Assembly (NCBI RefSeq): GCF_009914755.1
Contig: NC_060927.1
DNA length: 64,000 nucleotides
DNA from: the human T2T-CHM13v2.0 reference genome, Homo sapiens
Strand: one strand, 5' to 3'
Part shown: piece after piece, positions 1 to 10,773 of the stretch
Layout: each line of letters starts with the position of its first letter
Numbering within the stretch: position 1 is the first letter of the stretch
The notes under the pieces: model-generated
Told to the model about the DNA's origin: nothing
Seen by the model: the letters and a program-made list of their open reading frames with translations, nothing else
Databases searched by the model: none
Translations under genes and position numbers: made by a program

Positions 1-560
1 TTGTACCCAGCACAGGAAATGCAGTTGTGAATAAAACAGTCAAGGTCCCTACATTCATAAAACATATATTCTGGTAAAGAGTAACCTACAATTAACTGCA
101 ATATAAAATGTAACAAATTAATAAGCACCATGAAAAAAATGAAGACAAGGAGAAAGGAAGATATGATAAAGAATGTGGGTGACTACTATATATGTATATT
201 TGTTTACAAACTGTAATGAGTGCCACCACCATATAATACAAGGAACCTATTGATGAATACGCAATGAGAGTAAACTTAATTTTGGCTTGGGTGAGGTGTC
301 AAAAAAGACCTGTGTAGGTAAGTGGCATTTAAGCTGAGACTTCAGTTAGGTGGGGTGTTAGGTGAGGTGGGGGTGGTGGGAGGCGGGTTGTAAGTAAGAG
401 GAATAACATGGACAAATGTCTTGATGTAGAAAAGAACTTGACTTATTGGAGGTGCTAAACTAAAGCCACAGCAAGGAGAGTAACTCACGGAGTGGGACAA
501 GGTGAGGTAGAGAGGAGAATGGCACAGGTCAAACGCTCATGAAGATCAGTGTCATATCTA
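1..560 (-). mobile_element. Degraded L2 LINE fragments
   Basis: L2-like antisense motifs (cagttgtgaataaaacag...ccctacattcat; gtggcatttaagctgagactt; gaggaataacatggacaaa). Heavily diverged; edges approximate. Confidence 0.55.
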
Positions 561-715
561 AGGAAATAGGTTGTTACAGGTTAATAGAGCCCTAAGAACC
601 CAAAGATAAGTGATCAATATTTGATTAGAATCCAGATATATCAAACTATGTGTCCCATCTATTCAAGTAGCTCTTTCTAGTACGCATGCTGTCTCTGTAC
701 CAAGAGGCAGTTGGG

Positions 716-716
<1 letters not shown>

Positions 717-762
<46 letters not shown>
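717..762. repeat. (AC)23 microsatellite
   Basis: Uninterrupted AC run; source of the THTHTH ORFs. Confidence 0.97.
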
Positions 763-764
<2 letters not shown>

Positions 765-2119
765 CTAAACTGGGAATACCAGTTCAGAAGCAGATCCCTG
801 CAGTTTGGCTGCATATATTTTTGGATAAAGATGACCTGGCAGTGCCTGGCCCATGTTCCTTCAGTACTAAAGCTCAGACCAACAGCTGTGCATCTCAGTA
901 AGGAGCTGGACCATGCAAGTCAAAACTAGGCTGGAAGCACTTAACACCTGAACTCCTGGGCTGCTGGCAAGCCAGATGATAAAGGAATAAACAGTCATCG
1001 TACCTCATTCTTGGCCTTTAAATCATCCGAGAGCCTTCATCATTTTTGTCGAGTTATTTTAATTGCTCTCATTTGCAGAAGCAAATTAGGTGCAGCATTG
1101 TTCTCAGGATGCTGTTCAGATTGATGCCAGGAAGGAACAAAATGAGCAAAAAAAAAAAAGAAAAAAAGAAAAGAAAGAAAACCTCTTTCCACACAAAAGC
1201 CCAACCAATCTCTGTGAGGGAAATTGATTTGTAAACCTTGTCAAAGTAGTTTCAAAAGCAAATCTATTTGGGGCATCGTGGGGTTTGTAATCAAGGTCAG
1301 AAGAAATAGTTCAATTAGTACATGTGTCTAACACCAATAAAAGATTTTCCTGCATTAGAACTGTCAAAGAGAATGACCTTACCACTGTATAGTCTCCATG
1401 AACTCAGAATCAAAGACAGGATTGTTTCTTATAAAAATGCTATTGAAAGTTTGTTAGATTAAGCCTTATCTAACACATGCTAAATAAAATGGTGATTGGG
1501 GAAGTAATTTTGAGAATGCAGGCAACCCACACACTTCTCTCAGGTTATCTGAATAATTTATTTATGTTTTCTCCTCACGAATTTGGGTTGTTCTGATTAA
1601 TTTACTGCTTAATGACCTGACCACAGGAAGGAGAACAGGGAAAGGAAGATTTGGTCGAATTCAACACATTTTTAATGAATGCATATTCAGACCAACTACA
1701 GAACAAAGCACTGGAGATATATTCTATAGCAGGGGTAAGGAAGAGACAGACACTTTCTGAGATCCCAGAATGTACCGTTGAGCTACAAACTTGCTCAGAC
1801 CCTCAATGCCATTCTCAAGGACTCACACAGGCATATGAGGCATCCCTTGGGAGCATATATGATGGATTCCCAAAGAAGTTTCAATTGGTAAGATTTTGTG
1901 CTGTCATCTAGGGACCATTAACATAATTCCAAAATTTCAACACTTGAAAATACAATCTAGGTTCTTATTGATCTGGAAGCTCAGTAAAATCACAGTCCTT
2001 TGTGTCTAGGTTTTAAACTATTTTCTACATTTTGGGTATATTTTACAAACTATTTTCTTAAGCTACTTGTAAGCCATTATTTATGTGGGTCCTGCCTCTG
2101 AGGATTCCTCTGCATGTCA

Positions 2120-2305
2120 GCAATGATGTTTTTTCAGAATTTGGTACCAGGACCTCCTACATCACAGCCATTTGGCAAGCTTGTTAGAATGTATATTCTA
2201 AGACTTCCCAAAAACCCACTGAATCATAGTACTTGAGGAAGAGACCTAGGCACCTGCATTTTACTCATCTGAACATGGTGATGTGCCTACAAGTTTGAGG
2301 ACAAA
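2120..2305. mobile_element. MER5A-like hAT-Charlie MITE remnant
   Basis: cttgttagaatg...actgaatcat...ctgcatttta...aagtttgagga follows the MER5A motif order. Confidence 0.6.
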
Positions 2306-2778
2306 TTGTCTAGAGTTAAAACATTACACAAATGCTGAACTTGAATAATATGGCTTATTATCTTCATGAAACTTAAAAAAAAAAGACTTTAAGCAAAACT
2401 TCTTAGGAAGTTACAATGCAATTATGAAAGGTGAGTAAAAAGCTGAAGCTAAATACATCAGGGAAGAAAGAAAGCTTATCTTGCCAAAACTCCTGGCAAA
2501 GTCCAACAGTTTTCTAAGGTCTTAGAAATAATATTGGCTTCTGAAGATAAATGAGTTTATGAAATAAGAAATTTTGTCATTCCATTATTATGTGCAAGTA
2601 GATCGGGTTTGGGTTGAGGAGCAGCTCCTTTCCCTATGCATGTCATTTTTACTCTATTTTTTCCCAAGGCCTTGGGTTGGCTGGCTGTCTTTACAAGGTT
2701 AGATAATAAAAGTAAGAAAAATCTACTGGATTCCCTAGACCAATATATCCAATAGAAATTTGTGCAAAGATGGAAATA

Positions 2779-3513
2779 CCATCCATCCTCATTATTTATG
2801 GATTCCAAATTTGCAAATTTGCCCAATCGCTAAAATTTATTTCTCCAAAGTCAATACTCACAGGGCTTTTGTGATCATTCATGGATGAATTTGAGTGAAA
2901 AATGTGAGTTACCAGATATGTACATTCCAAGCTGAGATCGAACAAGACCTCATCCTGTCTTCTTGTTTTCAGCTCTCATACTCTATCTGATTTTAGGTCT
3001 CTTTAGTGCCATGTTGTTCATATTTTTGCACTCTTTTTTGGTGATTTCACTATTTAAATAGTGCCCAAGTGTAGTGATAAAGTACTGTCTAATGTTCCTA
3101 AGCACAAGAAAGCTGTGTTGTGCCTTATGGAGAAAATAAGTGGATTAGATCAGATTCATCCAGGCATGAGTTATAGGGCTGTTGGCCATGAGTTCAATGT
3201 CAATGAATCAATTATATATATATATATGTATATATATATATGTATATATATATATGTATATATATACATATATATATGTATATATATACATATATATATG
3301 TATATATATACACATATATATATAAAATAAGGTGTTTTAAACAGAAATACATAACACAAGGTTATATAATGAATGCTTGATGAAAACGTTATGACCATAG
3401 GCTCACAGGAACCTAACTCAGTATTTCTGCTAGGAGGGAATGTTCAGTATTCACTAATGCAGTGCTCATGGAGACTATAGAATATAACTATCATGAATAA
3501 TGAGAATTGACTG
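2779..3513 (+). mobile_element. MER82 (TcMar-Tigger) non-autonomous DNA transposon
   Basis: Degenerate TIRs (catcctcattattt ... aataatgagaattgactg) flanked by TA at 2777-2778 and 3514-3515; internal Tigger-like N-terminal HTH remnant in ORF 3061-3330. Confidence 0.8.
3213..3325. repeat. (TA)n/(TATG)n AT-rich microsatellite inside MER82
   Basis: Direct reading. Confidence 0.95.
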
Positions 3514-3527
3514 TATTCCATTCTGAG

Positions 3528-3700
3528 GATGCTAGCCACTCATGACTATTGAGCACTTAAAATGTAGCTAGCACAAGGAAGACGGTAAATTTTTATTTAC
3601 ATGTTAGTAAAATTTAAGTAAATTGAAATAAAATACAATTTTGCAATTACAGTAGCCACATGTGGCCAGTGGTTATTTTATGTGCAATGCAGCTGTAGAC
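3528..3700. mobile_element. MER3-like hAT-Charlie element
   Basis: gctagccact...actattgagcacttaaaatgtagctag ... agtagccacatgtggccagtgg inverted-end motifs. Confidence 0.65.
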
Positions 3701-3767
3701 TCTGGAAGCCCTGGTTCTCATGAGGCGCATGTATTAGTTTAGTGTTGTTGAATAACTAACTACCATG

Positions 3768-4369
3768 TGTCAACGAAGAGTGAAACTGTAAAATATTTGA
3801 AAAAATTTATTCTGAGCCAAATATCAGTGACCATGGTCCATGACTCAGCCCTCGGGAGGTCCAGAGAACATGTGCCCAAGGTGTTGGTGTGCAGCTTGGT
3901 TTTACATATCTTAGGGAGACATGAGACATAAATCAATCAATTTGAGAAATACATTGGTTTGGTCCAGAAAGCCGGGACAACCCAAAGTGGGGTGGTGGGC
4001 GGGGTGGGGGTTTCCAGGCTAAAGGTAAATTTAAGCATTTTCTGGTTGACGGCTGAATTTCTCTAAAGATCTGGTATCAAACAGAAAGGAATGTCTAGGT
4101 TAAGATAAGAGGCTGTGGAGACCAAAGTTTAATCATGCAAACAAAGCTTTTAGCTAGCAGGCTTCAGGGAGAATAGGTTGCAAAATGTTTCTTATCAGAC
4201 TTAAAGTCTGTGTTGATGTTAATGCTGAAGAGGTATAATGAGGCATGTTCAGCCCCCACTTTCCATCATGGCCTGAAACAGACTCTCAGGTTAAATTTTA
4301 AGAGGACTGGCTGAGGAGGAAGTCCATTCAGAGGGCTGGGGGGCCTTAGAATTTTATTTTTGGTTTCTA
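3768..4369 (-). mobile_element. MER4A1-like ERV1 solo LTR
   Basis: Right end is the reverse complement of the (TGT)AAACCAAAAATAAAATTCTAAG MER4A1 start; left end tgtcaacg; 4-bp TSD CATG (3764-3767 / 4370-4373). Confidence 0.8.
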
Positions 4370-4585
4370 CATGTGCTTAATGGCTTAAAATAACACAGAT
4401 TTATTTTCTCAGTCTCTCTGGATCAGGAGTCTGGGCATGGATTAGCTGAGTTCTCCGCTTTAAGGTCTCAGACTGCAAGCCATGTATTAGCCAGGGCTAT
4501 AGCCTCATCTCAAGACTCAACTGGGAAAGGATCCACTTCCAGCCTCATGTGGAGGTTTGCTGAATTCAGTTCCTTGTGGTTATAG

Positions 4586-5295
4586 TGAAACCGCCTTTGC
4601 AAACATGATAACTAAGAAATTATAACAGTGAAAGATATCAGACCTAACCAACTTCACCTTGCTTCTAACCTCTAAACTGTCCTTGTCCATTCCTGGATGT
4701 AGGCCGAACTAGGCTTGGGAAGGAATTTAGTTTATAGTTTAAATAATAGCCCTTCCCAAAAGCTAAACTGTTAATTGTAAAATTAATGAAAGGCCTCCAG
4801 CCACCAAGTTAGAATGAGAGGAGCTGGAATTCTAAATATTACCAGCCGTTATTCCGGAGGTCATAACATTTGCAACTTTGCCAATTATTCTTAAAGGTAA
4901 CATCACTGTTGTGGACCTAAAGTGGGCCTTTTGAGATGTCTTTTCAAATTTTTGCATTTCTAACAACTGGATGGCCTCACCTGGACCTGCCAACCAGTTG
5001 TGTGGCCCCCACCCAGGAACTGACTCAGCATAAAAGAACAGCTTCAACTCCCTATGATTTCATCCCAGAGCCAACCAATCAGCACTCCCAATTCACTGGC
5101 CCCGCTACCCACCAAATTATCCTTGAAAACTCTGATCCCTGAGTTTTCAGGGAGACTGATTTGAGTAATAATAAAACTCCTGTCTCCTGCACAGCCAGCT
5201 CTTCATAAATTATTCTTTCTCTATTGCAATTTCCCTGTCTTGATAAATCAGCTCTGTCTAGGCAGTGGGCAAGGTGAACCCATTGGGTATTTACA
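4586..5295 (+). mobile_element. LTR8 ERV1 solo LTR
   Basis: Starts TGAAACCGCCTTTGCAAA, ends GGTGAACCCATTGGG..TTACA; AATAAA in the 3' part; TSD ATAG/GTAG. Confidence 0.88.
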
Positions 5296-5309
5296 GTAGG
5301 ACTGAGGGG

Positions 5310-5326
5310 CTTTTTCTTTCTTTCTT

Positions 5327-5358
<32 letters not shown>
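5310..5358. repeat. (TTTC)n followed by poly(T)
   Basis: Direct reading. Confidence 0.95.
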
Positions 5359-5359
<1 letters not shown>

Positions 5360-5487
5360 GCTAACTGTTGGCTGGAGACTGCCTCCCTAAGTTCCTTTCC
5401 TAAGTTTTTTGCCATGTGAACCTACCCAACATTGCCACTTGCTACATCATAGCCATCAAGGAAAAGAATCAGCTCCCAAGAAGAGTA

Positions 5488-6915
5488 TGTTATCCAAAAG
5501 ATCACCAGGATGGCTGAATAGTAGAAGTGTTACCAGGGGTCCTTGCTCCCAGAGCTCCCAAGATAGTGGCAGGCCGCTTCTAAGATGGTGGCAAGCCTCC
5601 TTTTCTCTAACCTGGGGTTCTTGGCCTCATGGATTCCAAGGAATGGAATCTTGGGCCATGCAGTGAGTGTTATAGCTCTATTAGAAGCCTTGGGTCACAG
5701 AAGAGAACCGTGGAACCCAGTGACTAGTGTTCATCTCGATTAGGATGAACCCGGGTACTTAGCCATGCAGGAACAATGGCAAGCCTTTAGCCCTATTGGG
5801 AGCAGCAGTGGGTGCCTTGCTGGCTCAGAAGCACAGCGGACACCCTTCAGGTGTCACTTCCATCCAGAGGGATGGAAGTCAGCCGCGGGTCTACGACGGC
5901 AGCAAACAGCAGTGGTGGATGGCGAGCGAAAGCTCAACTCAAGCCATAACAAACACAGACCAGAAAAGAGTGCAGTTGCAAGATTTAATAGAGTGAAATA
6001 GAGTGAAAACAGAGCTGCCATACAAAGGGAGGGGACCAAAGAGGGTAACCATTGCTGGCTCCAATGCCTGGGTTTATATCCCGATCATTGTCCCTCCCGC
6101 TGTGCTCTCAGGGGATAGATGATTGGCTATTTTTTTACCTCCTGTTTTTGCCTAATTAGCATTTTAGTGAGCTCTCTTTACTACCTGATTAGTCGGGTGT
6201 GAGCTAAGTTGCAAGCCCCGTGTTTAAAGGTGGATGCAGCTACCTTCTCAGCTAGGCTTAGGGATTCTTAGTTGGCCTAGGAAATCCAGCTAATCCTGTC
6301 TCTCAGAAGGGAGAGCTTCATCTGTGATATCAGTTTACAAACCTGAAAGAGACAGTCTCTGGAGTTTACCAGAGACTGACGTTATTATGCCTTACAGGGT
6401 CTGTATTACATAATAGAGTCATATGTATTTAGCAGGTTTGAGGAAAAGTTATACGTATTTATGAGAGGGATCGAACACATGCATGATGGTAAACATACAT
6501 GTAACGTACATTCCCATGTTCACACTGGGGCAGGGTTTTAGCATTAAGATGAGACAGAATTTGGCTCTTTACATCAAAAGGTAAAGTCTACGATACAAAG
6601 ACAGTTTCTGCAGTCTCTGCTGAAACTGGCTTGAGGTCTACAGTTGCGTATCAGGAAAGAGTGTTTGTAAGGCCAGTCCTCCTTCTAATCAGAGTTTTAG
6701 TGATCTGGGTTGTAAACCAGAGTTAGAAGAGTCTGATAGCTCCATTGTTAGGAAGTTTAGCAAGTGTGATTCTTTTGCAGCTCTAGGAATTTAGGAAGTT
6801 GCCATTCATGCCAACCAAGCCCTAAACCCTCTATCTGTAGGTAATTTTTGATTCTGTAACCTTAGGGTCTATCCTAGTTGATAAAGGGGTGTGTATTTTG
6901 GTCTCTCAGATCATA
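5488..6915 (-). mobile_element. MER39/MER34-group ERV1 solo LTR, interrupted by LTR17
   Basis: Starts tgttatcc; right end reverse-complements to T(A)TGATCTGAGAGACCAAAATACAC..CCCTTTATCAAC; TSD AGTA/AGCA; sequence continuous across the LTR17. Exact family uncertain. Confidence 0.6.
5528..6305 (-). mobile_element. LTR17 (HERV-W) solo LTR, full length
   Basis: Reverse complement starts TGAGAGACAGGATTAGCTGGATTTCCTAGGCC..; TATA GATATAAA (6073-6080), CCAAT (about 6122-6126), ATTAAA (5984-5989); perfect 4-bp TSD GAAG (5524-5527 / 6306-6309); 778 bp. Confidence 0.93.
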
Positions 6916-7104
6916 AGCATTATAATCTTACATAAAATCATCATGGAATTTACATTTCATCACCTTCTCAGCATTCTGTTGCTTAGAAGCAAGTCACAGG
7001 TCTGTACACACTTCTGGAGAGGAGATTACATGGGGTGTGAATACCAGGAGGTAGGTAACATGGGGCTTCCTGACAGACTGTCCTCCCCAGACATCCCCAT
7101 GATC

Positions 7105-7190
7105 TTCTCTTGGGCAAGTCTTTCTACCTCATTGTGCCCGAGTTTCTGAATGTGTAAAACAAGGATAATACATATTTTATAGGATTATCA
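7105..7190 (+). mobile_element. MIR fragment
   Basis: ttgggcaagtc..ctc..tgtgcccgagtttc..tgtaaaacaaggataata core motif. Confidence 0.6.
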
Positions 7191-7784
7191 TGAAACCACC
7201 TCCAAAGGGTTGACAAGAATTGCATACTGGGTTTTGAACAGAAATATCGTTATAATTAAGCATTAATAAGGCTGCACTTTGGCCTCATCCCTTCCTTGTT
7301 GCTAAAGGTCACTTAGCACTAGATTCTGAACATGTGCATACGCATCATTCCTACAGATAGGATTTTTGACATTGGGGTCAAAAACTATTTAAGAGTTGAT
7401 TTGCATCTCCATTGTTTCTATACACAGGATCTCTCACACTAGAAAGGCTTTTGCTTAAGGATCCCTTAAGATGTTTTGCAGATCTTTTATTCCAGCAACC
7501 AATTTGAAGACCTTCCACAGAGGAACAGGATCAGCATGAGAATATGGCTTTTTCATCTCCAGGTTCCATGACCCTGTACTCTTTGACCAATCAATAATGT
7601 CCATGTTTTGGCCCATTCTAAACCTTAAAAACCCGAAGTCCAAATTCCTTAGAGAGATAGATTTAAAGTTTGTTCTCATCTCCTTGTTAGGTGACCCTAC
7701 AATTAAATCTTTCTCTGCTGCAACCTGGTGTCTTGGCATATTGAATTGCTGTGTGCACTGTGCAATTAAACAATTATGGTTACA
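7191..7784 (+). mobile_element. ERV1 solo LTR, LTR26-like
   Basis: TGAAACC...GGTTACA termini, ATTAAA in the 3' part, TSD ATCA/ACCA, 594 bp. Family from memory. Confidence 0.65.
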
Positions 7785-8144
7785 ACCATATGAATTAATC
7801 ACGGATTAAATGGCGTTGTCTAGTCTATGACAGAATATGAATAATTGCTATACTACTGGTATTATTATTTAACGTAACAGTGATCTTCATTCCAACCTAG
7901 TGGTTGCAAATGGAACAATCTTCATTTTACCACAGAGAAACTGAAGCCCCCACTAGTCTTATATTTTTCTGACCCTGTGGTTTCAGGGCATGCAAGGCAA
8001 CTCTCAGTTTTCTTGGTTCAGTTGGGCCCACAAAGATTAGGATTTCACAGCAAACAAGGCAGGCACAACATAACATATTTATTTTAACACTATAGTCTCC
8101 AATGAAATAGGACTCTGAGGTCATCCCAAACTTGTTTTACTTTA

Positions 8145-8295
8145 TTATATAGATGTACGTGTGTGTGTGTGTGTGTGCATGTGTTTGTATATATATATAC
8201 ACACACACGTATATATACACACACATACACATATACATATATATGATTTATCATATATAATAGTTATATAGAGAAAACACACACATATATCATCA
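8145..8295. repeat. Compound (TG)n/(TA)n/(CA)n low-complexity tract at the L1 tail
   Basis: Direct reading. Confidence 0.9.
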
Positions 8296-8387
8296 AATAT
8301 GTATCTATATTTAGTGAGATATAATTTACATACTATAAAATGCATCTACAGTGTACAATTCAATGACTTTTAGTATATTCATTCAAT

Positions 8388-8729
8388 TGTTGTAGGACTT
8401 TCTCCTTAGTTCAGCTAAAAATGGGGTCCTTGTCACACAACCATGAAATATTAGGCTCGCAGATACTTTGAAGGGTGAAAAAAATGGAATTTGTTGGGCA
8501 AAAAGGAAAAAAAATGGGAAACAGGGACTCTCAGCAGAGCAAGAGTTTTACTAGTATAGGCTTCCTGCTTTACAGATTGAATCCCAGATACCAACCAGGA
8601 AGAGGAGGAGCCAGGCTCCTCCCCTCTGCAAATGGGGTGGACTTCTGTGGCTCCACCACAGTGTGCATTCCTCCCACTGTGCATGTTGGTTGAAGTTTCT
8701 CTGGGGACCCCATCCACCTGGCTGTCTCA
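8388..8729 (-). mobile_element. MER61 3' LTR
   Basis: Reverse complement starts TGAGACAGCCAGGTGG..GGTCCCCAGAGAAAC and ends ..CTACAACA. Confidence 0.88.
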
Positions 8730-8738
8730 TTCCCTCCT
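8730..8738 (-). other. Polypurine tract (AGGAGGGAA)
   Basis: Immediately precedes the 3' LTR on the minus strand. Confidence 0.75.
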
Positions 8739-8752
8739 ATAAAGAAGTACAT

Positions 8753-8983
8753 CTAACTGCCATTAGAATAAGTATAAGAATAAGGATGAAGACTGATCCT
8801 TAACTGTTTCCTGCTGATAGTGGGGGCTGTTTTGGGGAAATGGCAGTCAGAGCTCCCTCGGAGGCCTATCTCAGGGTCCCTGGCAAAAGGGACCATCGCC
8901 GGAGGCTCCAGTTGCATGACCGTTTGGAGTTTGATGGCTTGAAGGCAAGAAAAGACACACTGGGTTATTAGAAAACGTATCAA
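8753..8983 (-). pseudogene. env TM cytoplasmic-tail remnant
   Basis: VFSCLQAIKLQTVMQLEP resembles class I Env tails (SSRIEAVKLQM..EP type); lies just upstream of the PPT. Confidence 0.6.
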
Positions 8984-10401
8984 AATGAAACACTGGGAGG
9001 GGTGAGGAAAATTTAAAAATACTGAGACCTTTTACTGTTTTTCACAGAGAGAGGGAGGCCAAAAATCCGACTGGTAAAAAACTTCACCCTTTTGTCAGCA
9101 TGTTGAGTTTCTGGGTTCTCTTCCCCTGAGCCCAATCCTAAGCCAACCAGTTTAAGCTTTGGGAAATTAACTCTTTCCAGTTTAGAGGATGCATCTGAGG
9201 GAAGTGTCCCATAGTATGAAGACATAATTACCTATCTGTGAAGAGAAGACAGAGAAGGAGAGAAGGAAAAAAGAAGGAATTTTTTTCAAAGGAGTCCCAG
9301 GGCTTCAGGATGCATTTGAAAGGGGTACAGACTGAAGATGAATGGCTACCCTTCTAGAAAGAGGAGAGCAGGCATCTCTGATTCCCTTCCTCTTCTAGCA
9401 GATACCCAGGGTACCTGAGGGAGAGAAGGAAGAGCATCTGTTTCCCTCTTCTGTCCTTACATCCCCAAGTCCTGGCAACCTTGGCAAGTGCCACCATGGG
9501 TGTTAAAATGGCTTTCACCCATGTTAACAGGGCAGGGAGGGAGGTGGGAATTATTCACTCTTACCCACATACACCCTGTCTACCCTGCTGTCAGTAGCCT
9601 TGAATTACCTATACCTCATTTATGCCCATGGATACTAGCATGGCCTTTATCCGTGAAATGGGAAGCTTGGCTTAATTGGCAGGAATAGCCATACTCACCT
9701 GGGCTGTGCCTTTTAACGTTCATCATTGTCTGCCTCTGGATCCTTCAGATCCAGTTTTCTTTCCTAGGGCTTTGACTGGAAGCTTGGAATTGAGTTTGGG
9801 ACAAAAATATGTCTCAAGGGGTGGGGTTGTATGAACTCCTTATCATAGCCAAATGCTAAGGTGAAACTGTGGAACTGAGTCCTCCTCCAACAAGGGAGAG
9901 AAAAGGATGTCTTGTGACACATAAAGATAACTGGTAGCTATAGTTATGCTTGCTAGGATTTAGGTGCATTGTGTTTGGCTTTTGTTAGCTCCCTTGGTCT
10001 TACTTTTCCAAAAGGATTCCTCCAAGTGATGGGCATCTTATTTATTCCCATCGCCTGGCAGGATTTGCAGGATAATTGCTCAGAACTAGAATATTGATCC
10101 AGATTTTCACATTACCCATTCTTCTTTTTCTTTCTGAGCTGTAGTGAGAGATTGCTGGTTGGGTCACAGGAACAAACAGGGTTAGTATAAAAATGTAGGC
10201 AAAAATGTAAAAAACTAATGAGTTTAGAATTTAATGACAAACTTATGTTGAGATTTGAAACATAATTTCAATCTCTCCAGTCCTCATTTTTATAAAAAAA
10301 AAAGTCATGATAAGACTGAGTTGTTTGAAAAATAGATTTTATTCTTATACTTGGCCTGATTATTTGCGGAAAATGCAGCCAGAATAACTATTTCTACATA
10401 A

Positions 10402-10773
<372 letters not shown>

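Larger units (their letters stand above)
3730..7092 (-). mobile_element. MLT1E-like MaLR LTR split into four pieces (about 3730-3767, 4370-4585, 5296-5487, 6916-7092)
   Basis: Pieces rejoin colinearly: tgtattagttt..taccatg | tgcttaatggcttaaaataacac..ggttatag | gactgagggg..ttggctggag | ..agaagcaagtcacagg..gtgaataccaggagg. Confidence 0.75.

Noticed and set aside
345-390. TTAGG motifs as an interstitial telomere repeat
   Set aside because: Only two TTAGG, no tandem TTAGGG array.
686-929. ORFs with THTHTH runs
   Set aside because: Translation of the (AC)n microsatellite.
5310-5358. Poly(T) as a possible tail-only retroinsertion
   Set aside because: No convincing TSD (only GGCT); more simply an expansion of a TTTCT seed in the MLT1 LTR.
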